A DNA stretch of 64,000 nucleotides from Selaginella moellendorffii (GCF_000143415.4 NW_003314282.1:1817374-1881373); one strand, 5' to 3'; positions 23,500 through 35,354 are shown, numbered from the stretch's first letter. Numbers and translations are program-made. Notes: a model not told the origin generated them from the letters alone.

Positions 23500-25876
23500 T
23501 TTTTGCAAAACCAAGTTAATTAACCTAGATTGGCATTATAATGAAATATACCAAAACATATATAATATTAAATAAAAAATTTATATTGTTTTGAATCTTC
23601 TAATCCTTTATAAATTTACAATATGTTACTTTAAAAGCATTTATACTTATATAAGGACTTATATATTATGTACAAAGATTATAGCACTAAAATATTCAAA
23701 TAAAAATTAGTAGGAAAAATGATAGAAATAAAAACAATTAGTGACATAATAACATATTAGTTTTTATTATACTTTAGTTTTAGATGAAAATTCATATTTA
23801 CTTTACTGTTAAATTATTCAGCACTTTAGAAATCAAATTTATGGAATTATTTATTTTTAAAAAAATATTAACATTATTAAGATTTTATTAAATGAGATTA
23901 AAACCACTAAATTTTAGTTTGAAAATAAATTAAATATTATTAAATAAACTTTATATACATAATTTAGATTTAAAGTTAATGTTTTAAAGATTTTAAATGT
24001 CTGAAAGAAAGATAAAACTAAAATTTATTATGATTTTAAAATTTTATTATTATATTAATATAAAAATTTTATTCTTTTGAAAAATAGTTAATCTGGAAAA
24101 AAACCATCAATATCAAATTTTTATTTTAATTTTTCAGATGAACAAAGCAGAAATTAAACACTTCTTTTGAGAAATATAAGTTTATGAAATTTAATCATAA
24201 ACAGTTTTACTACATCTATAAACTTTGTAACAAAATATATATACAATGTTTATTCAATGTATCTATTAAAATTTCAATAATATAATATATTTTATTTTAA
24301 ATTGTTTTATTTTGATTACAATTATAAAACTAACTAAAAGTTTTATTTGTATGTGAATATGAAATAACTATACAAATGGTAAAAAATAATATAGAAGATA
24401 TAATAATCTTACTTTAAAAAATATATATATTAAATATGGAAAAATATAAAAGTTGATTCGAGTTAGCTGTAATCTTCTTGTGTGGCTGAGATGTGGAGAA
24501 GTCATGGAGTTATTGGATGTTGATGGACGCTTTGTTCGAGACAAGATAGTGAGAGCTTTCGGGTTTGATATCGAAAATAAAACGTTTGCTTCTTTTTGAT
24601 TTTCCAATCTCATCATCGTGCTGACATACACTTTCCAGAATCACTAGATATGATGATGTTCTAAAGTAAGTTTTAAGGGGTATAAAGAATTTACTAAAAA
24701 CTATAGTGATACAATAATTTTTTTTTAATAAAACTAATAAATGAAACTCCATAAAAAGTATAGCATAATTGCGTTTCCCCTCACAATTAAAAAGTATAGT
24801 TGTACTATAAGTTGAAAACATTACATATATAGAGATGTTTTTTTATACTGTATAATAATATTATAAGCTTTTAAAATATATACATAGCTCACATTCTTTT
24901 ACTTATACAAAAAATTTCTAAGTAGCTCTAGCATATATTTAAATATTTTAAAAGTTTTCTTAAAACAGTAAAAGAAAGATTAGTTAAAGAAAGCTAAGAA
25001 GTAAACACAATACATAATTATATATACATATATAAAGTTTATAACTATATGTATGTAATACTATATACTAAATATGTTTATCAAATTGAGATTAAATTTA
25101 GTCTAGCAATTTCTGTAAATGAAAAAGGGTATTTACCCCAATGAATATATCCTATATTAGTGGAGGTAAAAGGCATTATGAAGAGCATAATTTTATTACC
25201 TTTATTATTTCTGAACATTTTTTTTATTTGTTCCTTTTTTATTTTATTTAAATCTATTGTAATTGTTTATATGAAATCTATTTTTCCTTTATTTATATTT
25301 CCATACCATCATCCATCAAGAACTATATCTTATAAATACTACTTTATTATCCTCATTCTGCAATGTTTTTTCTTGTTTTTGTATCTTCTTTAGATTTAAC
25401 TTTTGGAGTTATGATTGTTGAGTGTGATTATATATTCATACTACTTTAATGCTTAGTGTGTTTCCATCTTTAGCTTCCATAAGATATAATTACATGGTCT
25501 TTTGTTTTTAAGTCTTTTGCTGTTGTAAAATGTGATTTTAATATTGATTTAAGTGTATTTGAGGAATCTGCTTTAGAAATAATTATTAAGACAAGTTAAA
25601 GATTTCATATAGTGATTTATTATATATCTTTCCATGCCTTTTCAAATTTCTTGGTTCAAGCCACCTTCTTGTGTTTATAAATATTTCTTCATCTACAATA
25701 TTTTATTTTCTTGAGATATTAATTTCTTTTGACTTTGACAATTTTACTTTTTAGTTTGATATTGAATTTAGTGTTTCCCATTTTCCTCTAAATGATCTGT
25801 ATTATAGAGTGTTTTTATTTTGTCTTGTTAGTGAAGTATTTAATTAATTATAACATTGAGGATTCCCTTGTTCTAA
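23500..25876. other. Very AT-rich non-genic tract, probably a decayed transposon relic (duplicated at 35400-37745)
   Basis: Strong AT bias, no credible ORF, shared with copy 2; TE class could not be identified by eye. Confidence 0.4.
24465..24620 (+). pseudogene. Inserted fragment of the CR-like N-terminal header domain (copy 1 only)
   Basis: RCGEVMELLDVDGRFVRDKIVRAFGFDIENK/RLLLFDFPIS aligns ungapped (one frameshift) with RYEGATTPVEVDKVFTLDELCRRFDLDPLMHEVFLCGIPIS at ~26340(-); absent at the equivalent site in copy 2. Confidence 0.65.
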
Positions 25877-26345
25877 AGAACTCTTTTGTTGGGGGAACGC
25901 AGCAGCAAGGAACATTTCCCAAAAGACTGCCCAAGACTCACGAATCCCTCAGAAGTGTCCGAGCTAGAAACGCTGAACGCGTCACAAGCCTGAAAAATAC
26001 TTCCAATCTCTTCGGTGCTTGTGTGCACAACCTCCCTGCGAATCACGAACTTGTAAATGGTGGATGGATGACAATCTCGACAGGCGCACTCACTGCCGCT
26101 ATTGAATCTGAATCTGGATCTATCGAAATCGTGAAGGGTCTCTCTCTCGAGCAACCTTCGAAAGGTTGGCCGTGCCATCTGATGAGAGGAACAGTGTAGA
26201 GTTGCGCTGGCGGCGATGAGATGGGAATGCCGCAGAGGAAGACTTCGTGCATTAGAGGATCCAGGTCGAATCGGCGACAGAGCTCGTCAAGAGTGAAAAC
26301 TTTATCCACTTCGACTGGCGTTGTCGCACCCTCGTATCGAGAACG
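25875..26345 (-). pseudogene. 5' fragment of a CR-like gene (header + linker), truncated at the duplication breakpoint
   Basis: VDKVFTLDELCRRFDLDP..FLCGIPISS..GCSRERPFTI then TSTEEIGSIFQACDAF; inverted copy of 30091-30461. Confidence 0.7.
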
Positions 26346-26399
26346 TTGGCGACTAGCGCAAACGGCTTCTCAGAGGATCCGGTCTGGCCCCGAGAGGCG

Positions 26400-28152
26400 C
26401 CCTTACGTCGAGACACAGAGATCCCCACGAGCTCGACGCAACCTGCCTGCATATCGTGAGCATCGCCTCATCGTCCAGATCGAAGGCAACACACACATCC
26501 TGTGTGAACGATGGTTCTTCCAAAGACAAAGCTCTCCGAGTTACGATCGAGTGGATAACAGGTATTGTTTCTGTGTTTGCTCTTAGGTGAGCTTTCGTTT
26601 ACTTTTTGTTCCAGGTAATTCTTCTTATTACGACAATTCTGAGATTCGGGAGATTCTAGCTCATTGTGCAGCGTACGACGTGACTGGAAATAATACTGCA
26701 GAGACAATAAAAGGATTTTTACTGAACTTTGACGAACTGAGGGGAAGAATGCCACTGTGCATCACCCCACCAAGGCCAGAGTTCGTCAGAAGTAATACCA
26801 GGTTTGTTTGCTATTAAGTTTATTGGCTCAATTGATGTACACAAGTATTGCAGGTTTGCTCATATGCTTACTGGCTTGATTGACCCGGTCCGCGTTAAAA
26901 TGGATGGTGAGAATGCAGTGGTAGCGGACTGCATTCCTTTCCATCGTATTTTCGAAATGCTCACGTCCAATGCTGTGGATGGTGAGATTGCATTCTTTTC
27001 CATCGCATTTCCCAAATGCTCACATCAGAGGATGTCGCAGATCTCGCAGATCAACAGCTACGGATGCACTCTGCTGCAGATGGGACTGAATCGTCTTCAA
27101 AATCTAAGTCCCGGGTTACGCAGCGATTACTAAAACGCAAAAGGCCAGACATATTAACCGAAGTAGATGGTGTCAGCTGCTTTCTCCTGGAACTGAAGGA
27201 CATTGACATAAATCTGGCTGTGCAAGACCTTTCCCATAAAATCCAACCATTACCTGCTTTCATATATGGTAAGGTGAAGTTTTTGATTTGTTGTGCTCGC
27301 GGAGGTGACAATACGAGATTTTACTTCATGGACGCGATCAGAATGGTAAGATGATAATATTGCTCCTTTTGGTTCTAAGTCTTGTTTCTTTTTTCTAGAA
27401 ACTAATAGCGATCACCAACCAATATGACATGTCCAAAATGGAGATTCGAGCTGAAGTCGTCCTATTATACACAAAACTTTACTTTCTATTGTTGGGAATG
27501 CAGAAGGTCGTTAACAGTGGCATGGGGTATGTGCTTTTCTTTAAAAGCTTTTTAATGCTAATGTTTTTCTATTTCCGCAGAACGTTGCCTTTGAACAAAA
27601 CGATCTCCAAGACGTATTCGCAGATAACATTAAGTAACACTGTTTGCACAAAACGAATGCCTCGCTGGGAAGCTTATGCGGATGAATTTGGCGTGTCATT
27701 CGAAACAGTTGAGCGGGCATATAAATGCCATTCGCCCTACCTTGTGAGAGCGGTCAGTATCAATCTTACCACAGTTACGAGAAAGGACAAGAAGGGCAAG
27801 AAGACGTCTATTCAAGTTTTTGAAGCAGAGTTGCAGCCTGTTGGTGGCAAGTGGACTATTTCCAGTGAAGAGCAACGATACCTTTGTTCTAATAGATTTG
27901 GAAGCTGCCATGGATGCAGATTCAGGTGTGACTACGAGTCTTGCCGATTGGACTGCAACAACTCTTGTTGAGAGGGACGGAAAATCACTCTACACAAAGT
28001 CGTCTGACCTTCATCAGCTGGGGATACTCCTTTCTAGACTGGCAATTAACGAAGGGCTTCAACTCAGTCAAGAAGGTGAAGCTTTCATTGCAGATTTAAG
28101 ATCACACAGATGCACCGCGTCGGAAATGCTCGAGGAGCACTGGCTGTTTTAA
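26400..28152 (+). pseudogene. Crinkler/CR-type REase + protein-kinase gene, multi-exon, with kinase catalytic loop deleted
   Basis: REase KRPD..LLELK..AVQDL..K..IYG; kinase TKR, LQPVG, then an abrupt frameshifted jump to FVLIDLE..YTKSSDLHQLG..TASEMLEEHWL; HRDxxxxN segment missing at ~27875. Confidence 0.72.
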
Positions 28153-28852
28153 ATATTCTATATGAGCATCTAAATTGCTTTTCTGTGGATGCATGGTGCG
28201 AGCAAGACGTTCTAGATGACTTTCCAAAATTCCCGTCTGAGCAGATTGAAGTTGTGGATGCTCGTCTTGACTCGCTTTCTTGTCGTGGTGTTCTCTCTTT
28301 AGCTCCTCTCTGGTCATCTCTAACCAGTTATCATGGCCTTCAAGCCTGTCCCTAAACGAGTAGCTCGATGACTGAAGCACCAAGTTCTAGTGCTCCATTG
28401 CTTGGACCTGTAAGTTTGGTGACGTTTCTTCCTGCTAGTGAGCGTCAGTATGCTGTTCTCTCCAACCGGCAATTGACCACACTACCTGTGCTGAGCACTT
28501 AGCACTCCAAAAACGGAGTCCCATAAACCATAACACACCACAGTAAGATGAATCTGTGATCGGATCGGATCACCATTGCTGATTTGTGCTATCATTTCCT
28601 CTCTTAACCATTTTTATTTGACCAGCTTTTGACCTGACTTCAGACCGAGGCGATCATGCTCGTAGTCTGGGTGCAGCAAAATTGATACAAAGTCGAGCGT
28701 AAACGAAACAAAAAAAGAACCAACCTGTAAACCAGAGAGGTCATGATCAGACTCATGAGCGAAGAAGAGCTCAGTTGGATGCCGCTGTTTGATACTGGCA
28801 CCCAGGTATCCATGTCCCTGAAGAAAAAAAGAATTTTTTTTTTCGAGCATCA

Positions 28853-29170
28853 CTAGGGTTGTGCAAAGGGGTCATGGAGGACGAGGAGGAGATTTGGATC
28901 GCTCACTGCGGCCTGTTGAGGAGCGTCCGGGTGGGGCAAGACGGCCTCCTCCACACCGAAAGGATTTCCCACAGTCCCGTCCTCGTTGAAGCGTAAACCC
29001 ACAAATTGAAGAACCTCTAAGCTGAGACTCTCAGTCCCTAGCAACGATTGTCCACAGATTGTGATCGTTGCCTCCCGCGGAAACTCGAATGCATCGCAGA
29101 CACGGGATAGCTCCAGAAATCCTTCGTTTGGAGCCACCGCCCGCAAGAAATCACGGTGCAGGATGTACAT
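28853..29170 (-). pseudogene. CR-like header-domain exon of another degraded family member
   Basis: LELSRVCDAFEFPREATITICGQSL..DGTVGNPFGV resembles FTLDELCRRFDLDP..FLCGIPI..GCSRERPFTI. Confidence 0.5.
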
Positions 29171-29779
29171 ATTGCACAACTCTGTCGCAAAATCACACCT
29201 AGCTAAGCCCCTTTAGAAACCCTAGCCCATTTTATAAGCAACATTTTTATATTCTTTACATTGTCATGTTCAGAAAAAGTGAGTTATGAGCCATTGCCAT
29301 CAGAATTTGTTTTGAGCTTTTCTTTAGATCAATTTCTTTCCTTTCTAGGATCCCTGAAGAGATATAAGTTGAGGGTAGCGCCTTTCCGTTTTGGCTTTAG
29401 TGTGTTCTGGGTTGATCTCATCAAGCTTCTCCTCCAGCATCAACGTTTTCAACTGCCAGAGTCATCATTAACACACAGTAAGCCACTGGACGATGAAGGC
29501 AATTCACGAAGCCAGAAAAGAGAAGAAGAGCCTTACCATTTTCTAGAGATTTGAGCAAACTCCGCCAGCTGCTGCAAGCGTCTCCGCCATGCGATCGCTG
29601 GCATAGGTGGCTCTCACGAGTCAAAAGGCATTCCTTTAGCTTTCAAAGCCACGATTCTCCCAGAAGTCGCCCCTGGAAACGAAGAAAAGGGATCAAAGGC
29701 CAATTACCACGACCAGCACTCCCGTCACGCTCCGCAGAGCAGCATCCACCGACCACGGAAAGATCTCGTCGAAAACGCT

Positions 29780-30045
29780 CTCTTTCAGATGCCTTCTGGA
29801 ACTTGGAGCTCTATAGGAGACCCTCCATATACTTGTTCATCACCAAGCGAGTAGACATCTAAACATCTGAAGGGAATGGATTCGCAAGAACTTCGGGAGG
29901 GATCTCGTCTACCGCCTCGTCCAGCTCCAGGGAGATCCAAAACGGACAAGTAGTCGACAGAAACTATCAGCTTGGGAACCATGAACTCGTCGACCAGCAC
30001 GTTCTTGCCTTTCAACTCCCCGTGATAAACACCAAACCGAGAGCC
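29780..30045 (-). pseudogene. Protein kinase fragment
   Basis: GVYHGELKGKNVLVDEFMVPKLI (subdomain VIb/VII-like) and DVYSLG (subdomain IX); no DFG or APE. Confidence 0.6.
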
Positions 30046-30090
30046 CAATCACGAGCTCCAACCAAGATCAAGAACACGACGATTGCTAAG

Positions 30091-30777
30091 TCTGTGGCAT
30101 TCCCATCTCATCGCCGCCAGCGCATACACTGTTCCTCTCATCAAAAGCCACGGCCAACCTTTCGAAGATGGCTCGAGAGAGAGACCCTTCACGATTTCGG
30201 ATAGATCCAGATTCAGATTCGGAGCGGTGAGTGAGCCTGTCGAGATTTTCATCCATCCACCATTTACAGGTTCTTCGTTTTCGTGCAGGGGGGCTTGTGG
30301 ACACAAGCACCGAGGAGATTGGAAGTATTTTTCAGGCTTGTGACGCGTTCAACGTTTCTAGCTCGAACACTTGGGAGGGGATTCGTGACTTCTTGCTTGA
30401 CATCGGCAGTCTTTTGGGAAAGGTTCCTTGCTACTGCGCTCCACCAACAAAAGAGTTCTTTTACATCCATCGCAAGCACCATTCAGATATCGAAGCCAGA
30501 CGGGCAAGATGACTTGGTTGTGTTCGCTGATACTCTGCCGTTTTACCAGATACTTCGGAGGCTTACAGAGAGAGGAGACAAAAGACTGCGTTCTACCATG
30601 TCAGCTGACGGAAACAAGGTTTTTCCCCCAAGTTGTCCTAAGTTTTCGAAGCAAAGGAGGGCTTGTTATCGGGTGGAGGTGGAACGCCTTGTTTCTTGGG
30701 CAAGCTAAAAGATTCGAGTTGGGTCAGCGATCGAGCTTCCACCAGCTTTCATCTATGGCGAGGTCGACATTTCTCAC
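30091..30777 (+). pseudogene. Degraded paralogue of the CR-REase gene, cut off by duplication copy 2
   Basis: STEEIGSIFQACDAFNV..GIRDFLLDIGSLLGKVPCYCAPPTKEF ~ NSEIREILAHCAAYDV..TIKGFLLNFDELRGRMPLCITPPRPEF; VFADTLPFYQI ~ VVADCIPFHRI; LPPAFIYGEV ~ PLPAFIYGKV. Confidence 0.75.
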
Positions 30778-30814
30778 TTTCGCCACCCAAATCCCTAGCC
30801 CTAGTTTCAGTGCA

Positions 30815-31549
30815 ATGGGAGAGTTAGACGCAGCGCTCCAGGAAGCCGTGGCGGCCTACGACCGTGGCGAGAAGGGGCCATTTCTTGTGGCCCAAGAGGT
30901 ACCTTGGCAAACGTATGATGAATGGATGTGTTGCCTCGAGTGTTGCTGGCGGCTAGAATACAAGGCCGGCGATGTGTGGATGTACGGGGATCCTTCCCTC
31001 GTGCACCGGACAATCTCAAACTGGTTCAACGCTACGATCATCACCCAGATCCAGTTGATACCCGAGGTTGAGTGCGCGATCGACGTGATCTCCGCCGCCG
31101 GGGCCTCCCGGCTAGAGACAATTCAGGGCGACAAGGAGCCTGACCTTAGCTATTTCTCCGCCTCAAGGCTCGAGCCAGTGCGAGCCGTGATCGAGGTGGC
31201 GTACAAGAACGAGGGGCTGGAGGCGCTCAAGAGCTCGGTGGATATGTGGGAAGCCAGTGGCTCGCTGCTGGCGATTGGTGTCAAAATCACCCGGGAGCTC
31301 GATCTCACATTTGTAGCCAAGGAGCGCAGCGCAGCGGCGCTGACGGAGATAAAGTTTGGGCCTGAGTTCTTGGACGAGAGTAACAAGGAAGCGTTTGTAC
31401 TGGAATTTCCGTTGTCGTGCTTTACTGGGGATGTGGAGGGCGATCACCGCATCAGGTTTGATCTCTTTGGGCTGCAACAGTATGTTAATAAGATGATTGA
31501 GTGGGAAAGACTAGCAAAGGAAATGGAGTTACCTGTAAAGAAAGAGTGA
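30815..31549 (+). CDS. Uma2/DUF820-like putative endonuclease, copy 2
   Basis: 244 aa, 12 substitutions versus copy 1, RLEY, KEPD and IEVAY retained. Confidence 0.75.
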   Translation: MGELDAALQEAVAAYDRGEKGPFLVAQEVPWQTYDEWMCCLECCWRLEYKAGDVWMYGDPSLVHRTISNWFNATIITQIQLIPEVECAIDVISAAGASRLETIQGDKEPDLSYFSASRLEPVRAVIEVAYKNEGLEALKSSVDMWEASGSLLAIGVKITRELDLTFVAKERSAAALTEIKFGPEFLDESNKEAFVLEFPLSCFTGDVEGDHRIRFDLFGLQQYVNKMIEWERLAKEMELPVKKE

Positions 31550-32199
31550 AACGCTAATTGAGTTCTTCGTCCTGGCTCGTTTTTTCAAAAAACTACCGTC
31601 TCCCAATCGACATCCACCTTTTTGTATTTATCGTCTTGAAGAAGAGCCTCCATGTTCCACGATTGTTCTAAAGAATTTTCCACTGATCGCTCAACAAGGA
31701 CCTGCATTTCCATGGACGAGTTGAGGTTCTCAGGCAGACCAGGGCATGACTTATCAATCAAGAAAGAAAGACCAAAAAACGACGTACCTGGATCTCGAGC
31801 ACTAGATTGCGCTCTCCCAACATGGTTCTACTTTGTCAAGTTCACTTGAATTGGCATACCAGCCTACATTTCATGGGCGTACAAAATACATTAGCTATCA
31901 TCATATGCCTACACCAATTGGATCCGTAATGTATTTGGCAAGTCAGAGCTGCTGCATGGAATTAGCACAATTAACAAATTGTAAAGAAATGAAATTTCCC
32001 ACCTTCATCACGGCGGGCCTGAAATGCATGGATGTTATTTTGGGCCAGGCTCATCCCGGTCATGGACGCCGCACGAGCGATCCTCTGTCACGGCAAGATC
32101 ATTGCCCCGGAAAAGCCTCCTTCACGCCTTGCCAAGCTTGGGGAGGTCTTTGTACTTAGAGTGAATTGTTTTAGAGTGATGTTGTCGGACTTATGTTGT

Positions 32200-32725
32200 T
32201 GGACACTGTCCTTAGCAAAGCCGCCACCTTGGAAGCTCCCGCAAGCTTCCCACCTTGGAAGCTCCCGCAACTTCTGTTCCAATTAGAACTCCTCCAAGTC
32301 CGGTTCCAACGTACACGATCCCTGAGGAGGATCGCAGTTAAGAGTATGGTGTTTTGATGGAAACTCTCGATGGTTTGCCGATGAAGGCCGAGGATGTCCA
32401 AGGGGACAAGAGATCATCTCCAATTTGGGGCTTGTGACATCTCGGTGTTGAGACCTGATCTCGACAACAGACGTGTTCGCCGCCACGGCATGCTTGGCTC
32501 ACATGGCAGGGCGCGAGTTGCAGTGATGCGAGTTCTTACGCTATGATGCTCCACAAGTGCTCCGCAAGTACTGTTGCAGGTGAAGTGGGTGCACAAGATT
32601 GTGGCCAAGGAAGGAGGATGATACTTTTGTGGCAAATTTCTTGCTTGATCTGTGGTGGCATGCAAAAGGTGGCGGAGGTGTTTGAGAAGCTGCCATATCA
32701 GTTGTATGAACACGATAGAAACCTG
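32200..32725 (+). pseudogene. Degraded PPR-repeat remnant, copy 2
   Basis: MKAEDVQGDK..LGACD, WVHKIV, EDDTFVANFLLDL, CGGMQKVAEVFEKLPY across broken frames. Confidence 0.45.
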
Positions 32726-32952
32726 TAAGGTTCAAGCTAGTTTGGCTGGGGCTCTCAGGCTGTGACAATGTTTTAAATTTCACTGATAGGATTGAGTGGC
32801 ATAAACTTAGGCCAATGACGAGTAGAAGTTGATTGCCAGGTGAGTGAGATGTAAACCATCAAACTAATCCAACCTTGTTTCCTCTGAGAGAGATGGCAAA
32901 AGAGATTACAGTTTAGTGAGAGTATTAAGAATATTTAAGTACAATACACCTA

Positions 32953-33675
32953 CTAGAACATAGCAGCATGTTCAGCCGCGGCTGCAAGGCTGATCTCAGA
33001 GATACCAGGAGCAGTCAACTGATTTCTCACCTCGGGTACCTCGAACAACTCATTCCAGTCCAGCTTAAGCACACCTTCTGGATCAAGATTGTCCACAGGT
33101 CCCCCCCTCGCCTTCACCCAAACGCGAAGAGCCGGAGCACACCCTTTGCGCACTTGAATTGCAAGGGCAATCCTGGCACCGGAATTCTCAGCTGCTGTAA
33201 CCGCATCAAGATCGGCCACCACCTCGGCAATGTCTTCGTTCTGGTAAACAACCTGGGCAACCAAAACCACCCGAGCAGCGATGATACTTTGACCTGGGGA
33301 TCTCTCCACCACAAGAACATCAACCTGCTGCAATCGATCCTTGTACTCTACCAGCCCCCCTGGGCAAACGTCCACCAAGCGATTCCCTAGGGTCTGGACG
33401 CTGAGCCCCTCCAGCTGCATCCCTAGTTTCGTGGACCAGTACGTGCGCACGGCCTCATGGGGCAGGGAGTGATCATGTTGCAGGAAAAGACTCCCGCTAT
33501 CCTTGAGGTACAGCATATTCAGCTTGTGCGCTCTCGTTTCCAGGTGGAGACGCCGGAATTCTTCGGCATTGATGATCATTGGCACAGCGACAGGTCCCTT
33601 GTTCCTTTCGAATTCCCCGTCCATCGCATCGCACAATCCAAACAGAGAATCGGCCAGCCCCTGTGACGGCCTCAT
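32953..33675 (-). CDS. Uma2-like pseudo-nuclease, copy 2
   Basis: 240 aa, 6 substitutions versus copy 1, all in the N-terminal ~92 residues. Confidence 0.7.
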   Translation of the reverse strand: MRPSQGLADSLFGLCDAMDGEFERNKGPVAVPMIINAEEFRRLHLETRAHKLNMLYLKDSGSLFLQHDHSLPHEAVRTYWSTKLGMQLEGLSVQTLGNRLVDVCPGGLVEYKDRLQQVDVLVVERSPGQSIIAARVVLVAQVVYQNEDIAEVVADLDAVTAAENSGARIALAIQVRKGCAPALRVWVKARGGPVDNLDPEGVLKLDWNELFEVPEVRNQLTAPGISEISLAAAAEHAAMF

Positions 33676-33791
33676 TAAACCCTGTCCTGTTAAAATGCCC
33701 TAAAACAAGCTTTCTATAAAATGCCAGAGGAAGAACCCTAAAATTGATTTAGGCGGGAATTTTGATTTTTTTTTTTTCCAACAGTGATCTT

Positions 33792-35354
33792 ATGCCTAGG
33801 TTTTCTAGGTCGATCGCGTCGCCGGCGATGGATTTCGGCAGCGCCGCTTGTATTCCAGACGCTCTTCCAGCCGCCGGTTCCAGATCCGCGGGGAGCTTCG
33901 CAAGGAACTGGAAGATTTCTTGCTCGATGCGGCCGGGCGAGGATCGCGATCAGCACGGTAATGTCGCATGGCGGAAGGCGCTGGAATCGGTCCGGCCGCG
34001 GATCGCGCAGGCGCGGGCACGGCCGCTTGATGTGCCGCTGAAAGCGCCCTTCGCGATCGCTACCACCAAGCTCGAGGCTGTGGCGAATGTGGCCGTCCGG
34101 GTGGAGCTCGCGGATGGGAGCGTTGGATGGGGCGAAGCTCCGACGCTCTTTCCAGTCACTGCGGAGGATCAGACTGTAGCTCTGGACCAGGCTGGGCGAT
34201 GCTGCCGGATGCTCGAGCAGCTTGAGCCAGGATTGAGCTGCATGGAAATCCTTTCCAGCGTTGGAAATCTTCTTCCAGGCCACGGCTATGCTTCCGTAAA
34301 GTATTGCTTCTCATATTTTTCTTTTCTTCTCTTCAAGCTTCTCACATTTTCTTTCTCTACGGCAGGCTCGAGCAGGGATTGAGATGGCTGTGATCGATGC
34401 CGCAGCTCGTAGCGTTGGAATTCCACTCTGGAAATTTTTTGGTGGAGCATCCAACTTTGTCACGACGGATATCACGGTATTTGGGTTGAGTAAGTGCTTG
34501 AGCTGGTTCTTTCTCTTGTTTGTAGATTCCAATATGTGAGCCGGATAATGCTGCTCGCCTCGCCATGGAATATGCTCAAAGAGGCTTCCGGACGGTGAAA
34601 ACCAAAGTTGGAGGCAGAGATTTGTCGTCCGACATTGCCATGCTCCATGCGATTCGAAGTAGCCACCCAACTTGCAATCTCATTCTTGATGCAAACGAAG
34701 GCTACACGTCGCATGAAGCCTTACGAGTTCTACAGGAGCTCCAAGGTGACCAAATCTTTTCTAGTCTCCAAACTTTAACCATGTTTCTCTTCATGTAGAA
34801 CAGGGGATCACTCCTATTCTCTTCGAGCAGCCAGTGGCACGCGCAGACTGGGATGGCCTTGCGCTCGTCAGCAAAAAGGCGAGAGAACTCTATGGCGTCC
34901 CCGTTGCTGCCGACGAAAGCTGCCGGAGTTTGGACGACGCCCAGCGCATTGCCGACGAGGAGCTTGCTCCAGTGATAAACGTGAAGCTCGCGAAGCTCGG
35001 CGTCCTTGGAGCTCTCGAGGTCATCTCTCTGGCTCGTGAGAAGAAGATAGAGTTGATGATTGGAGGCATGGTGGAGACCCGATTGGGGATGGGCTTTGCT
35101 GCTCATCTTGCTGCCGGATTTGGCTTCTTCAGGTACGCATAACACTTGAGAATCCTCCTTCCTACGAGTGATTGTTTGTAGATACATCGACTTGGACACT
35201 CCCTTGTTACTTGCCGAGGATCCAATCGAAGGTGGTTATCAAGGTGTGTTTGATGCCTGTATCGTTCTTTAACTTTTTTTTTCTCTTTTTATCAGTACAC
35301 TCGAAGAAGTACATTATGACCGATGCTCCTGGACAAGGAATCAACTTAAAATGA
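33792..35354 (+). CDS. L-Ala-D/L-Glu (dipeptide) epimerase, enolase superfamily, intact; start may be 33792 or 33828
   Basis: PLKAPFAIA, GWGEAP, KTKVG, LDANEG, FEQP, ADES, INVKLAK, MIGGMVE, IDLDTP; GT-AG introns. Confidence 0.92.

Larger units (their letters stand above)
18980..25876 (+). repeat. Segmental duplication unit, copy 1 (~6.9 kb; direct repeat of 30778-37745)
   Basis: Homology starts at tttcgccaccc (18980/30778) and ends at aacattgaggattccct..ttctaa (25876/37745); same gene order in both copies. Confidence 0.95.

Noticed and set aside
25875-30461. Autonomous DNA transposon with terminal inverted repeats
   Set aside because: Arms are coding remnants, the right-hand gene remnant continues past the arm, and no transposase motif or TSD was seen
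30428-30814. 373-aa ORF as a single genuine protein
   Set aside because: Its 5' part crosses frameshifted CR-like debris and starts at a non-ATG codon; homology to copy 1 supports the ATG at 30815
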